This document shows positions 7,662 to 16,497 of a stretch of DNA of 64,000 bases, in pieces. This DNA is from an uncultured virus (IMG/VR IMGVR_UViG_3300030117_006168) (Duplodnaviria > Heunggongvirae > Uroviricota > Caudoviricetes), in the IMG/VR virus record IMGVR_UViG_3300030117_006168. The stretch is one strand, 5' to 3'. Every line of letters begins with the position of its first letter. Within the stretch, counting starts at the first letter, position 1. Below the pieces are notes generated by a model, which saw only the letters and a program-made list of their open reading frames with translations, ran no database searches and was not told the origin of the DNA. The position numbers were made by a program, and so were the translations under genes.

Positions 7662-7692
7662 CGTTTATACTCCGTTAATACACCGTTAATAC
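7662..7692 (+). repeat. three 9-bp direct repeats, 11-bp period, in gp32 leader
   Basis: CGTTTATAC-TC-CGTTAATAC-AC-CGTTAATAC directly before the AAGGA SD. Confidence 0.8.
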
Positions 7693-7704
7693 GAAAGGAA
7701 CATT

Positions 7705-8586
7705 ATGAGCAGTTTCGCAAACCTCAAGAGAGATCGCAACTCTTTAGCTAAGCTAAATAAAGCGATACAATCTTCAGCACAACCAGCAGAGGCTGGGTCA
7801 AGAGATGATACAAGATTCTGGCAACCATCAGTAGATAAATCTGGTAATGGTATGGCAGTTATTCGTTTTTTACCTGCACCTCCACTTGATGGTGATGACT
7901 CTTTACCTTGGGTAAGGTTGTTCTCACATGGTTTTCAAGGACCTGGTGGTTGGTACATAGAAAACTCCCTTACTACTTTGAATCAAAAAGATCCAGTAAG
8001 TGAGTATAATTCAGTTCTATGGAATTCTGGTGTTGAAGCAAATAAAGAGATCGCCAGAAAACAGAAGCGTAAGCTTTCTCACATATCAAATATTCTGGTT
8101 GTTTCTGATCCATCAAACCCTGAGAATGAAGGTAAGGTCTTTCTTTACAAGTATGGTAAGAAAATCTTTGACAAACTTTCAGAGGCAATGAACCCTGAGT
8201 TTCAAGATGAAACAGCAATCAACCCATTTGATTTTTGGGATGGTGCTAACTTCAAACTCAAGATTCGCAAAGTAGAGGGCTATCGTAATTACGACAAGTC
8301 TGAATTTGCAAGTCCAGAGGCTTTGTATGATGGTGATGAAGCTAAGTTGAAAAAGATTTTCGACCAAGAATATTCATTACAAGAGTTTGTTTCTCCTGGA
8401 AACTTTAAGTCTTATGATGTGCTTAAAACTAGATTGAATAAAGTTTTAGGCCTTGATGGCACAGAGTTACCAAAAACTAAAGCAGAAACAAATACAATCA
8501 CAGATGATGAAGCATCAAGCTTTAATACTGCTGAGATAGCAGAAGAAGATGATTTGAATCATTTTAAGGATTTAGTGAATAACTAA
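7705..8586 (+). CDS. 32: single-stranded DNA-binding protein gp32
   Basis: DDTRFW, GNGMAVIRFLP, HGFQGPGGWYIENS, YGKKIFDK, NYDKSEF, acidic tail. Confidence 0.97.
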   Translation: MSSFANLKRDRNSLAKLNKAIQSSAQPAEAGSRDDTRFWQPSVDKSGNGMAVIRFLPAPPLDGDDSLPWVRLFSHGFQGPGGWYIENSLTTLNQKDPVSEYNSVLWNSGVEANKEIARKQKRKLSHISNILVVSDPSNPENEGKVFLYKYGKKIFDKLSEAMNPEFQDETAINPFDFWDGANFKLKIRKVEGYRNYDKSEFASPEALYDGDEAKLKKIFDQEYSLQEFVSPGNFKSYDVLKTRLNKVLGLDGTELPKTKAETNTITDDEASSFNTAEIAEEDDLNHFKDLVNN

Positions 8587-8610
8587 ATTGTTCACATTAT
8601 GAACATTTTG

Positions 8611-8636
8611 AACCCTGCTTCGGCAGGGTTTTTTTT
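8611..8636 (+). terminator. rho-independent terminator
   Basis: AACCCTGC-TTCG-GCAGGGTT followed by T-run; C(UUCG)G tetraloop. Confidence 0.92.
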
Positions 8637-10386
8637 ATGTATACCTAAGAGATGGATCTGTTTTAGATTTATCTTTTCCAAAAACAGTATTTTCTACTGT
8701 AAGATTTCTGTTATTATTTGATATATTATTTACAATTACCGGTGTTTTTGGTTTTCTTTGTTGACTATGACCTGCATCAATTGATGATGAACCTGATGCA
8801 ATATCACCACCACTTGGTCCTTTTGTTGCTGCCGATTCAATCAATGCAACTATTTTTGGCGCTCTTCTACCAACTTGCCTGTACCATTTACTATCTTCAA
8901 GACCTCTTGCAGCTGATGTGAAATCACCCTCTTTTAAAGCTTTAGATGTGTTTGGCCATTTTGGCCACCATTTACCCATGTTGAAACCTAAATCTATCAT
9001 AGCCGCTTTACCAGCATAATTGGCTTCATTATAACCGGGTGTTCTTGAAGCTATTTCTTTATGATGAGCATAATCTTCTTCAAACATATCCATAACTTCT
9101 TTTTCACTAAAAGTTCTATTCATATTATCAGGTAAAGATTTACCATCACCAATTAAATGTCCAACACCAATGGTCCATAACCCAACTGAATCTTTATATG
9201 GTTCATAACGAATACCCTCATGTTCTATGATCATTGCTTTAATATCATCTTCACCAGTTACTTTTGTAACCGGTTTATCTTTAGCAGGATCTTCAGATAC
9301 AGATGTTGGTTTTGTTGTTGGCGATGTTTGATCTTTGGCTTCCTCATCCAAATATTTCATCCCTTTCGGAGGTGGACCTCTTCTGGCTTTTCTTTCTTTT
9401 TCCATCTCCATATCAATTAATCTTTTATTCGCTTGTCTTTGCAATATACGAATTTCTATGGCTTTTTTCTTACTAACACCTTCTTGTTCCATTATTGATT
9501 TTAAATCACCAGTAGGATTAATTAATCGACCCTCTTCTTTTAATCTTTTGCGAATTTCAGCTCTTTGTTCTTTCTCTTCGGTTTCTATTTCACTTTTTGT
9601 TAAAGGTATGCCAGCAAATTTTAAAATAGCATTAGGTACAAATTTTCTAGCGCCTGGAACCTTAATAAAATTTTTAATACCGGATTTAATTGTTTCTGTA
9701 ATTGAACTTATGGCACCTTTAAATTTTTCGTATCCTGATTTAAAAATATCTAAAACAGGTGAAATAAATTCCATAAATTTATTAGATATTTTTGAAAATA
9801 CGCTTGTTACTTTTTCAACAACACCTTTAAAAAAGTTTCCAATACCATCTGTGAATTTTTCATATAACCCAGCAGCTTTATCTTTCAAACCTGTGGCTGT
9901 TTCTAAAAACCACTCTTTTATTTTTTTAGTCCACTCGGTGAATTTTTCCTTAATCATATTACCCACATCTTTAAATTTTTCTATAATGGCATCTTTGAAA
10001 TTATCAAATGCAAGTTTTACAATTACACCGAGAGCTAAAACACCAACTAATATTTTAAATATCTTACCAGGTTTTAACATATCTTTTAATAACTCAAAGA
10101 AACTTTTTTTCTTTTTACCACTTGTTACTTGAGTTACACCTTTATCTTTACCTAATTCAACTTCTAATTTCTTTTCTCTCTCTTCTTCTTTTAAAAAGAA
10201 AGCGTCTTGTTTTTTAGCTGCACTTTCACCTCTACCTTCTATAATTACTGCTAGATTTTGGCCTGCAACATTCAAATCTCTGGCTATACCAGAGAGAGCC
10301 ATAAAGTTTTGACCAATACTTTTTAATACCTTTTCTTTTTCAGAGGTACTTTTTTCTACGTTATCTAAAAGGTCTTTAAGTGCCAT
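8635..10386 (-). CDS. tape-measure/gp29-like tail protein with C-terminal phage lysozyme (GH24) domain
   Basis: Helical F/W-spaced repeats and a TM-like segment; HEGIRYEPYKDSVGLWTIGVGH gives E-x8-D-x5-T triad; DSKWYRQVGRRA. Confidence 0.8.
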   Translation of the reverse strand: MALKDLLDNVEKSTSEKEKVLKSIGQNFMALSGIARDLNVAGQNLAVIIEGRGESAAKKQDAFFLKEEEREKKLEVELGKDKGVTQVTSGKKKKSFFELLKDMLKPGKIFKILVGVLALGVIVKLAFDNFKDAIIEKFKDVGNMIKEKFTEWTKKIKEWFLETATGLKDKAAGLYEKFTDGIGNFFKGVVEKVTSVFSKISNKFMEFISPVLDIFKSGYEKFKGAISSITETIKSGIKNFIKVPGARKFVPNAILKFAGIPLTKSEIETEEKEQRAEIRKRLKEEGRLINPTGDLKSIMEQEGVSKKKAIEIRILQRQANKRLIDMEMEKERKARRGPPPKGMKYLDEEAKDQTSPTTKPTSVSEDPAKDKPVTKVTGEDDIKAMIIEHEGIRYEPYKDSVGLWTIGVGHLIGDGKSLPDNMNRTFSEKEVMDMFEEDYAHHKEIASRTPGYNEANYAGKAAMIDLGFNMGKWWPKWPNTSKALKEGDFTSAARGLEDSKWYRQVGRRAPKIVALIESAATKGPSGGDIASGSSSIDAGHSQQRKPKTPVIVNNISNNNRNLTVENTVFGKDKSKTDPSLRYT

Positions 10387-12164
10387 TAAGTTGCTAACGC
10401 CTCATTTAATGTTGAATCGAAAACATCAGCAGGTTTACCTTTAGCACCACCACCCACACTACCTTGATTATTATTGTTAGTTGTGTTATTGATCATATCA
10501 CCCATATCAGCTGATGATTCCATTCTTTGACTTTCAGATAATTGAGAGGACTTTTCACTCATAGCGGCTCCGCCTGATGGTGCTGGAGGTGGAACTTCCA
10601 CCGGTGATGCTGTAGGTTGAATACCTTTTGAACCACCTCGACTCTCAGCCAACATAGCTTCTATTTTTGTTGTTCTTGCCTTCTGTTCATCTAAATCTTT
10701 TTGTTGTTCTTCTTGTTCAATTTTTATATCTTCATCAGATATTCCAGGTTCAGCCGCTCTTAATTCATCAGCGGTCATAACACGATTCATTTTATCTTCT
10801 TCTGATGGATCATATTCTTCATCAGCATAATCAGGTCCAGCATCTTCATCATAAGCAGGACTTGCACTATACCCACCATTTTTCATATCTTCATCTTTTA
10901 ATTCATATTTGTTTACAAATGGCTCAGGTGAACTAGAAGAACCTCTACGTTTACGATTCGGTCTACGAGATTCTCCTGAAGCACGCCTAGCTGCAACTGC
11001 AGCTTGAAACTCAGCATCTCCGCCATCATCAGCGTATGCCTTTTCTGCCACAGACATAGGTGAATCTCTTTGAACTGTTACTGTTTTTGTGGTTGTGGTT
11101 TCTTCTTTAAATCCTTCTCCACTTTTTTTCTCAACTTCTGTTGTAGCATCTGACTGAATTATTTGTTTCATTGCCTCTTTTTCAGCGTCACTACCACTTT
11201 TAACATTATCAGCTGCACCTGTATTCACAGGTGGTGTTTCAACACTACCACCAGTATCACCTCCACCAATTTGCATACTCTTAGGTAATATTGCATTAAG
11301 GCCATTGATGATAGTTTTTTTGATGCTATTGAAAATTTCACTCATCTTACTAAAAACAGGTTCAACAAATTTACCTAATTTTGCACCGATATTCTCAATT
11401 GTTTCTCTATTGAAAAAACCAAATGTTAAAAACTCTAAGACACCGCCAAGACCAGCCATGATAGCACTTGATAAACTACCAGTTTTTTTATAATCTTCAA
11501 AACCTGCCGTGATGCCTTTAAAAAGTGATGCTATGATTGTAAGAGGTACAAAAATTTTAGTGACAAGCTTCATTAACATTTTTTTAGAAAATAATTTTTT
11601 AAGTGCAGACATGAAAATGTTAGCAAACTTTTTAATCATACCAAGAATACCACCACCACTCTTAGCATCATCAGCTTCTTTTTCAACTACTTTTTCTGGT
11701 CCACCCATTTGTGCCTCTAAAGCAGCTTCTCTTTCATCTTGTTTCATAAAGTAATCATCAGCACCAGTTTTCTTTTCACCACCTTCAATCTTTACGAGCT
11801 TTTGCATATTTTGTCTTAGCACATTTACATCACGAGCAATTCCTGGTAAAGACATTGAATTTTGTGCTATACTTTTCAATATGGACATTTCTTTAGCTGA
11901 ACCCTCTTGAACGGCTTTAGTTACTTGAGTTACAGATCCTGCGTCCTCTTTTTTCTTTTCACTTTTGACTTTTCCACCACCAAGAGCTCTACGGCCTAAT
12001 ACTGAAATTATATCATCTCCAGGTAAAGCAGCTGATACTATACTTTTTCTAGTAAATTTACCAGCAATATCTTTACCAACTCCTTTGGCTGCCGTGCCTA
12101 AACTACCTACGACACCGCCGCCACTTTCCACAGATGACATATATTTTTTGGCAAAATCTACCAT
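10386..12164 (-). CDS. tape-measure/gp29-like tail protein
   Basis: Downstream of gp26/gp51, hydrophobic amphipathic middle, low-complexity acidic C half, paralogous to next gene. Confidence 0.65.
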   Translation of the reverse strand: MVDFAKKYMSSVESGGGVVGSLGTAAKGVGKDIAGKFTRKSIVSAALPGDDIISVLGRRALGGGKVKSEKKKEDAGSVTQVTKAVQEGSAKEMSILKSIAQNSMSLPGIARDVNVLRQNMQKLVKIEGGEKKTGADDYFMKQDEREAALEAQMGGPEKVVEKEADDAKSGGGILGMIKKFANIFMSALKKLFSKKMLMKLVTKIFVPLTIIASLFKGITAGFEDYKKTGSLSSAIMAGLGGVLEFLTFGFFNRETIENIGAKLGKFVEPVFSKMSEIFNSIKKTIINGLNAILPKSMQIGGGDTGGSVETPPVNTGAADNVKSGSDAEKEAMKQIIQSDATTEVEKKSGEGFKEETTTTKTVTVQRDSPMSVAEKAYADDGGDAEFQAAVAARRASGESRRPNRKRRGSSSSPEPFVNKYELKDEDMKNGGYSASPAYDEDAGPDYADEEYDPSEEDKMNRVMTADELRAAEPGISDEDIKIEQEEQQKDLDEQKARTTKIEAMLAESRGGSKGIQPTASPVEVPPPAPSGGAAMSEKSSQLSESQRMESSADMGDMINNTTNNNNQGSVGGGAKGKPADVFDSTLNEALAT

Positions 12165-12374
12165 TTATCTTCTAGCCTTATTCATTTGTTTTTGCATTTC
12201 TATTCTTTCATTTTCTTTCTTAATATAGTCTGTTAATAATTGAATATAAATGGTTCTCTCCCACGGCAACATATTTTCTAATTCTGTTAAACTGTATTTG
12301 TGGTACTGCATTAAAGCAAAGTTTGTTTCAAAATAATTCTTTAATGTATCATAACGAAAGATCAGACGAAAAAA
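12165..12374 (-). CDS. 51: baseplate hub assembly protein gp51-like (not in ORF track; probably reached by -1 frameshift; first ATG at 12311)
   Basis: Manual translation FFRLIFRYDTLKNYFETNFALMQYHKYSLTELENMLPWERTIYIQLL...ARR*; NFALMQxHKYSLTExENMxPWER is the gp51 signature of marine T4-like phages. Confidence 0.85.
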   Translation of the reverse strand, partial: FFRLIFRYDTLKNYFETNFALMQYHKYSLTELENMLPWERTIYIQLLTDYIKKENERIEMQKQMNKARR

Positions 12375-13078
12375 TTTTGTATACCTTTTACAGTAATATT
12401 TTCCTCATGGCCACATTTACTACATTTGAAATCTAATTCTTTTTTAATTTCTGGCATTGTATCAAAAAAGTTTTTAAATTTCTCTAAATCTTTTTGTTGC
12501 AAATTATCAATAAAATCTTCTAATTCTTTTGGCGTAGTATCTTTTGCATAATACACCTGATCTTCATCATAAATGTAATCAATACAATCAATCAATATTT
12601 TTATCATTGCATCATTTTCTTCTAGCTTGTCAACTTTTTCAAATATCTCAAAAGTTGGATATTTTAAACAAATGCCTAATTTATCGGTGAGTTGTATTTT
12701 ACTATTATGACCCTCATGTATTGTGGGTTCAATTTCTAAAATGTTTACATCAAACTCTACAATATGATTACATTTTTTTTCTTCAACTACTTGATTGCAT
12801 TTGTACTTTAGGTTTACCACTTCTTCAACTGATCTAGCTCTTAAATTCATAAAGAGATATTCTAAATCAAAAGATGGTAAACTGTTTACATCTATTTCAT
12901 CAACAATACAATTATTTAAAACTTGTCTAATTGTTGATACCATTTCTTTAGTATCTTCAGACTCAGATGCCATTAAAAATAATTTTTGTTCTTTGACCAA
13001 AAATGGTCTAAACTTTACTGCTTTGCCAGTTGATAAGAGATTTACCTCAAATAACGGCGTATCTAACTTTGGTAACAT
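12362..13078 (-). CDS. 26: baseplate hub subunit/chaperone gp26
   Basis: LPKL-x-TP, VKFRPFLVKEQK, FDLEYLF-x-x-LRARSV, C-x-x-C, ends GIQNFFV. Confidence 0.92.
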   Translation of the reverse strand: MLPKLDTPLFEVNLLSTGKAVKFRPFLVKEQKLFLMASESEDTKEMVSTIRQVLNNCIVDEIDVNSLPSFDLEYLFMNLRARSVEEVVNLKYKCNQVVEEKKCNHIVEFDVNILEIEPTIHEGHNSKIQLTDKLGICLKYPTFEIFEKVDKLEENDAMIKILIDCIDYIYDEDQVYYAKDTTPKELEDFIDNLQQKDLEKFKNFFDTMPEIKKELDFKCSKCGHEENITVKGIQNFFV

Positions 13079-13091
13079 AATTTTTCACCTT

Positions 13092-13898
13092 TTAACTAAA
13101 TGTAAATAACCTACTAAAATTACTCCCTATATTATTTGAACTGGAAAAGTTTCTTAAACCACCACCAATAAGATCGGCAGCTTTACTTCCTAATATACTA
13201 GCTGCAACTTTACCTGCATCAAATCCACCTTCATATTTCACTTCATATTTTTGATATGCAAATGAAACACCTAATCTATGAAAACCATCATCACTCCAAG
13301 ATAATGCCATTGGAGCTATACCAACAGGGAAAGCATCTTGTAATTCTACAACATAAATTTGTTTAACTAAATCATCATATTGTATAATTTTTATATTTGT
13401 ATAATATCTACTACGATCACCTTTTGCGAATCTCATATTATTTGTATCAGATGGCATAATACATTCCATGTATCTTTCAAATAACTTTCTTTCATAAAAC
13501 TGATTTGAAACTATAAAAGTTAAGTTAATATCTGTGTACATTTTTTGATATGGCACTTTAAAAATTGGACCATATATTTTAACATCAGCTGTTGCAAATG
13601 TTTTTCCTGGTAATTCAGCAGCTTCACATTGTAAAGCTAAGTATCTTGATAAAGCTGCATTAGATGTTTTAGAGTAATCATTAGTTTCATTACCACCACG
13701 ACCTAAAGCTGTATTAAAAGCTTCTGAAACATCACCAATAACTGAATTTGGAAAGTTTAGTATCTTTTCTATAATACTATTACCCACAGCTTCATTCACA
13801 TAGGGTGGTATTGGTAATATGACTTCAAATCTAGATGGTTTTGCTGGACCATCCTTTGCTGACATATTTGATAAAAATAGATTGGGTGAAAATGACAT
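13092..13898 (-). CDS. tail-tube-fold baseplate protein (gp54-like tube initiator)
   Basis: GPAKPSRFEV, CEAAELPG, AFPVGIAPMALSW, VSFAYQ - gp19/gp54 fold motifs. Confidence 0.75.
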   Translation of the reverse strand: MSFSPNLFLSNMSAKDGPAKPSRFEVILPIPPYVNEAVGNSIIEKILNFPNSVIGDVSEAFNTALGRGGNETNDYSKTSNAALSRYLALQCEAAELPGKTFATADVKIYGPIFKVPYQKMYTDINLTFIVSNQFYERKLFERYMECIMPSDTNNMRFAKGDRSRYYTNIKIIQYDDLVKQIYVVELQDAFPVGIAPMALSWSDDGFHRLGVSFAYQKYEVKYEGGFDAGKVAASILGSKAADLIGGGLRNFSSSNNIGSNFSRLFTFS

Positions 13899-13924
13899 TA
13901 CTCTTCCTTATAATAGATTTTAAG

Positions 13925-13932
13925 TATTTATG
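13925..13932 (-). promoter_or_regulatory. late promoter (variant)
   Basis: CATAAATA on minus strand upstream of 13898. Confidence 0.65.
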
Positions 13933-14349
13933 CTAAATGCCTAAATCTTTTTCAGTTACAATCTTAAATAGCCAACCATGTTCTTGACAAAATATATCAG
14001 CTGCTCGCCATTTTTGTTGATTTACAGCATATGTGGCAGCTTCTTGTAGAAATTTCTTAGTTTTTCTTTTTTGTTTTGGTTTTTGAGTTTGATGAAATGG
14101 TTTCACTTCTAACATGAATGTTTTTTCTTTTGTTTTTACAACAAAGTCTGGATAATATCGGTGTATTTTTTCATCAATAGGTGACCTATAACGTACAAAC
14201 ATCTCTTCAGACGCCCACCACTCTACTTTTGGTTGCGTATCTAGATATTTCATTACACGAAGTTCCCATGTTGATCTATAAATGATATTACTTGGGTCAC
14301 CTTTGTATTTCTTTGAGTTTTGAGGCTTAAATCTTCCTTTATATGACAT
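13933..14349 (-). CDS. 4: head completion nuclease gp4
   Basis: KYKGDPSNIIYRSTWE, WASEE, HRYYPDF, EVKP, VNQQKW-x-AA. Confidence 0.95.
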   Translation of the reverse strand: MSYKGRFKPQNSKKYKGDPSNIIYRSTWELRVMKYLDTQPKVEWWASEEMFVRYRSPIDEKIHRYYPDFVVKTKEKTFMLEVKPFHQTQKPKQKRKTKKFLQEAATYAVNQQKWRAADIFCQEHGWLFKIVTEKDLGI

Positions 14350-14354
14350 AAATA
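14347..14354 (+). promoter_or_regulatory. late promoter (variant)
   Basis: CATAAATA upstream of gp48. Confidence 0.65.
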
Positions 14355-14381
14355 ATATCTAGTCAACTTAAAGGAAATAAT

Positions 14382-15806
14382 ATGTCACTTTTTAGCTTCG
14401 GAGATATAAAATTTAACAAGGGTGACCTATCACGCAAAGGTCCTCTCTCAGCTCTTACAAAGAGTGAATATGAAACTAATAATCTAAGATACCCCATAGA
14501 TGTAGGTAATGCCGATAAAGGTCATTACATGGTTTTCTATGTTCGCAAACAAGATAAAACAAAAGCTGGCGGAGGACAAAACCCAGTAAGTCCAGAAGCT
14601 TTAGTGCCTACTACGGGTGCAATAGAAGGCCTTTCAGCAAAAACAAAATCATTAGTTTCGGGTGGTGTATCAACTAATTTTGGGCCACCTTCTTCACTTA
14701 AAATTCCTGGTGTAAGTGATATAAGTACAAACATAGGTGGTGATTTAGTAGGAAAAATTCAAGGTGGTTTAAGTCAAATAGATAGTGCAGTAGGAGGTGC
14801 GCTCAGCGGTATTCAAAGTTCATTGGGGAAAGTGTCTGGTAATATACAAGGTGGACTCAAGAATATTTTTGGATCCACAACATTACCAAAAGGAGGTGAC
14901 TCAGCACAATCTAGGTCCGTTATACAAAATAACGTGGCACAAGTAAAAGGTGGCAGTTTAGATTTTCTCAAGACAACAAAGAGAACATCTGAAGCAATAA
15001 GCTTGTATATGCCAGATACCCTAATGTTTAATCAAACACAAAGTTACGATCAACTGAATATTGGAACAAGTCCTATAGGTCAGTTAATGGCAGCCGGCGG
15101 TGCAAATGCTGATGCGATAAAATCTGGTATTGATGCTGCGGTAAATAAAGATATGGACGCCGCTAAACAATCAATAAAAAGCGTTGATGGGGAGGGTCTT
15201 TTAAAACAAGGTGGTATGTTTGCTGGAGCTAATTTAGCGAAAGGTCTTGCCGGTGGAGCTGGTGAGTTAGCATTTACAGCTGCTACTGGTGCCGTAGTAA
15301 ACCCAATGTTAGAAATGATTTATCGTTCACCAAATTTTAGGTCTTTTCAATTTGATTTCAACTTTTTTCCAAGAGATGAGAAAGAAGCATTAGAAGTACA
15401 AAAAATATTAAAAGCATTTACATTTCATCAAGCACCTGAAAAATTAGCAGGTGTTCCAGGATTCTTAGTACCACCTTCAGAATTTGATATTGAGTTTTAT
15501 TATGGTGGTAGAATAAATCCAAATATTCCAGGTATTGCACCAGGTTGTATTCTCACAACGATAGATATAAATTACGCACCAAGTGGTGCAAGTTTCTATG
15601 AGGTTCCAGGTGAAACAAGTCCATCATTAGGTGGAACTGGTATGCCATTCGCTGTAAATTTAGTATTACAATTTCAAGAGACCACTTATCTTACAAAATC
15701 TGATTATGATGATACAATTGGTAATAGTCTTTCAGGTTCTGAAACATCTAAAACTACAAGCACAGGTGTAAGAAAAGTAAATCAAGCACCGAGTGGAGGT
15801 CAATAA
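14382..15806 (+). CDS. 48: baseplate tail tube cap gp48
   Basis: LRYP, ISLYMP, NPMLEMIY-x-x-P-x-FRSFQF-x-F-x-FFPR, C-x-L-x-x-I-x-INYAP. Confidence 0.88.
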   Translation: MSLFSFGDIKFNKGDLSRKGPLSALTKSEYETNNLRYPIDVGNADKGHYMVFYVRKQDKTKAGGGQNPVSPEALVPTTGAIEGLSAKTKSLVSGGVSTNFGPPSSLKIPGVSDISTNIGGDLVGKIQGGLSQIDSAVGGALSGIQSSLGKVSGNIQGGLKNIFGSTTLPKGGDSAQSRSVIQNNVAQVKGGSLDFLKTTKRTSEAISLYMPDTLMFNQTQSYDQLNIGTSPIGQLMAAGGANADAIKSGIDAAVNKDMDAAKQSIKSVDGEGLLKQGGMFAGANLAKGLAGGAGELAFTAATGAVVNPMLEMIYRSPNFRSFQFDFNFFPRDEKEALEVQKILKAFTFHQAPEKLAGVPGFLVPPSEFDIEFYYGGRINPNIPGIAPGCILTTIDINYAPSGASFYEVPGETSPSLGGTGMPFAVNLVLQFQETTYLTKSDYDDTIGNSLSGSETSKTTSTGVRKVNQAPSGGQ

Positions 15807-15807
15807 C

Positions 15808-16497
15808 GTGGCAAACTACTTTAGATTTTTTCCAACAACCTTTTATACATCTGATAATAATTCAAAAGGTGTAGATACTGTTACAAGTATTGTTTCTAGA
15901 TTTACAATTGCAAATAATCTAAGAGATAATACTGGCGTATTTTATCCATATGATATTCAAGACACAGATACAGCAGAGATTATTGCAAGTAAAATATATG
16001 GCAATCCTGAAAGACATTGGATCGTATTATCTTTTAATCAAGTAATTGACCCACAATGGGACTTTCCACTTACACAAGATAATTTTATTTCTTATGTAAA
16101 TAACAAATATGCAGCTAATGGTGCAGCTAATACACCAACACAAACTGGTGTTACATGGGCTCTAAGTGAAAATAATATACAAGCATATTTCTTAAAAACA
16201 ACAAGAACAATAAATGCTCAAAATACCGTATCTTCAATATCAGAATCTAAAAGTAATACAACACTTGTAGTTCAAACAGAAGTAGATAAAAACACATATG
16301 CAAATACAACGGCAACTAGTACATCTGTATTCTCTCTTGTTGATGGTTCAAAAGTAAAAGAAAAAACAGAAAAGTTTACACAATCATACTATACCTATGA
16401 GTTTAATAAAAATGAAGAGAAAAGAAAAATTAAAATATTAAAACCAGAATTTGTTATGGAATTAGAGAAAGAGTTTAGGCGAGTGTTTACAAAATGA
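15808..16497 (+). CDS. 53: baseplate wedge subunit gp53
   Basis: GGAGG SD then GTG (MANYFRFFP); LysM-like AEIIASKIYG...HWIVL-x-x-N; NEEKRKIKILKP. Confidence 0.9.
   Translation: MANYFRFFPTTFYTSDNNSKGVDTVTSIVSRFTIANNLRDNTGVFYPYDIQDTDTAEIIASKIYGNPERHWIVLSFNQVIDPQWDFPLTQDNFISYVNNKYAANGAANTPTQTGVTWALSENNIQAYFLKTTRTINAQNTVSSISESKSNTTLVVQTEVDKNTYANTTATSTSVFSLVDGSKVKEKTEKFTQSYYTYEFNKNEEKRKIKILKPEFVMELEKEFRRVFTK

Noticed and set aside
9335..10132. 265-aa plus-strand ORF
   Set aside because: Antisense shadow of the lysozyme/tape-measure gene; no SD, promoter or recognisable motif
14334..14376. TTCCTTTA/TAAAGGAA hairpin around the gp48 late promoter
   Set aside because: 5' arm is dictated by conserved gp4 codons on the other strand and no plus-strand read-through is expected there
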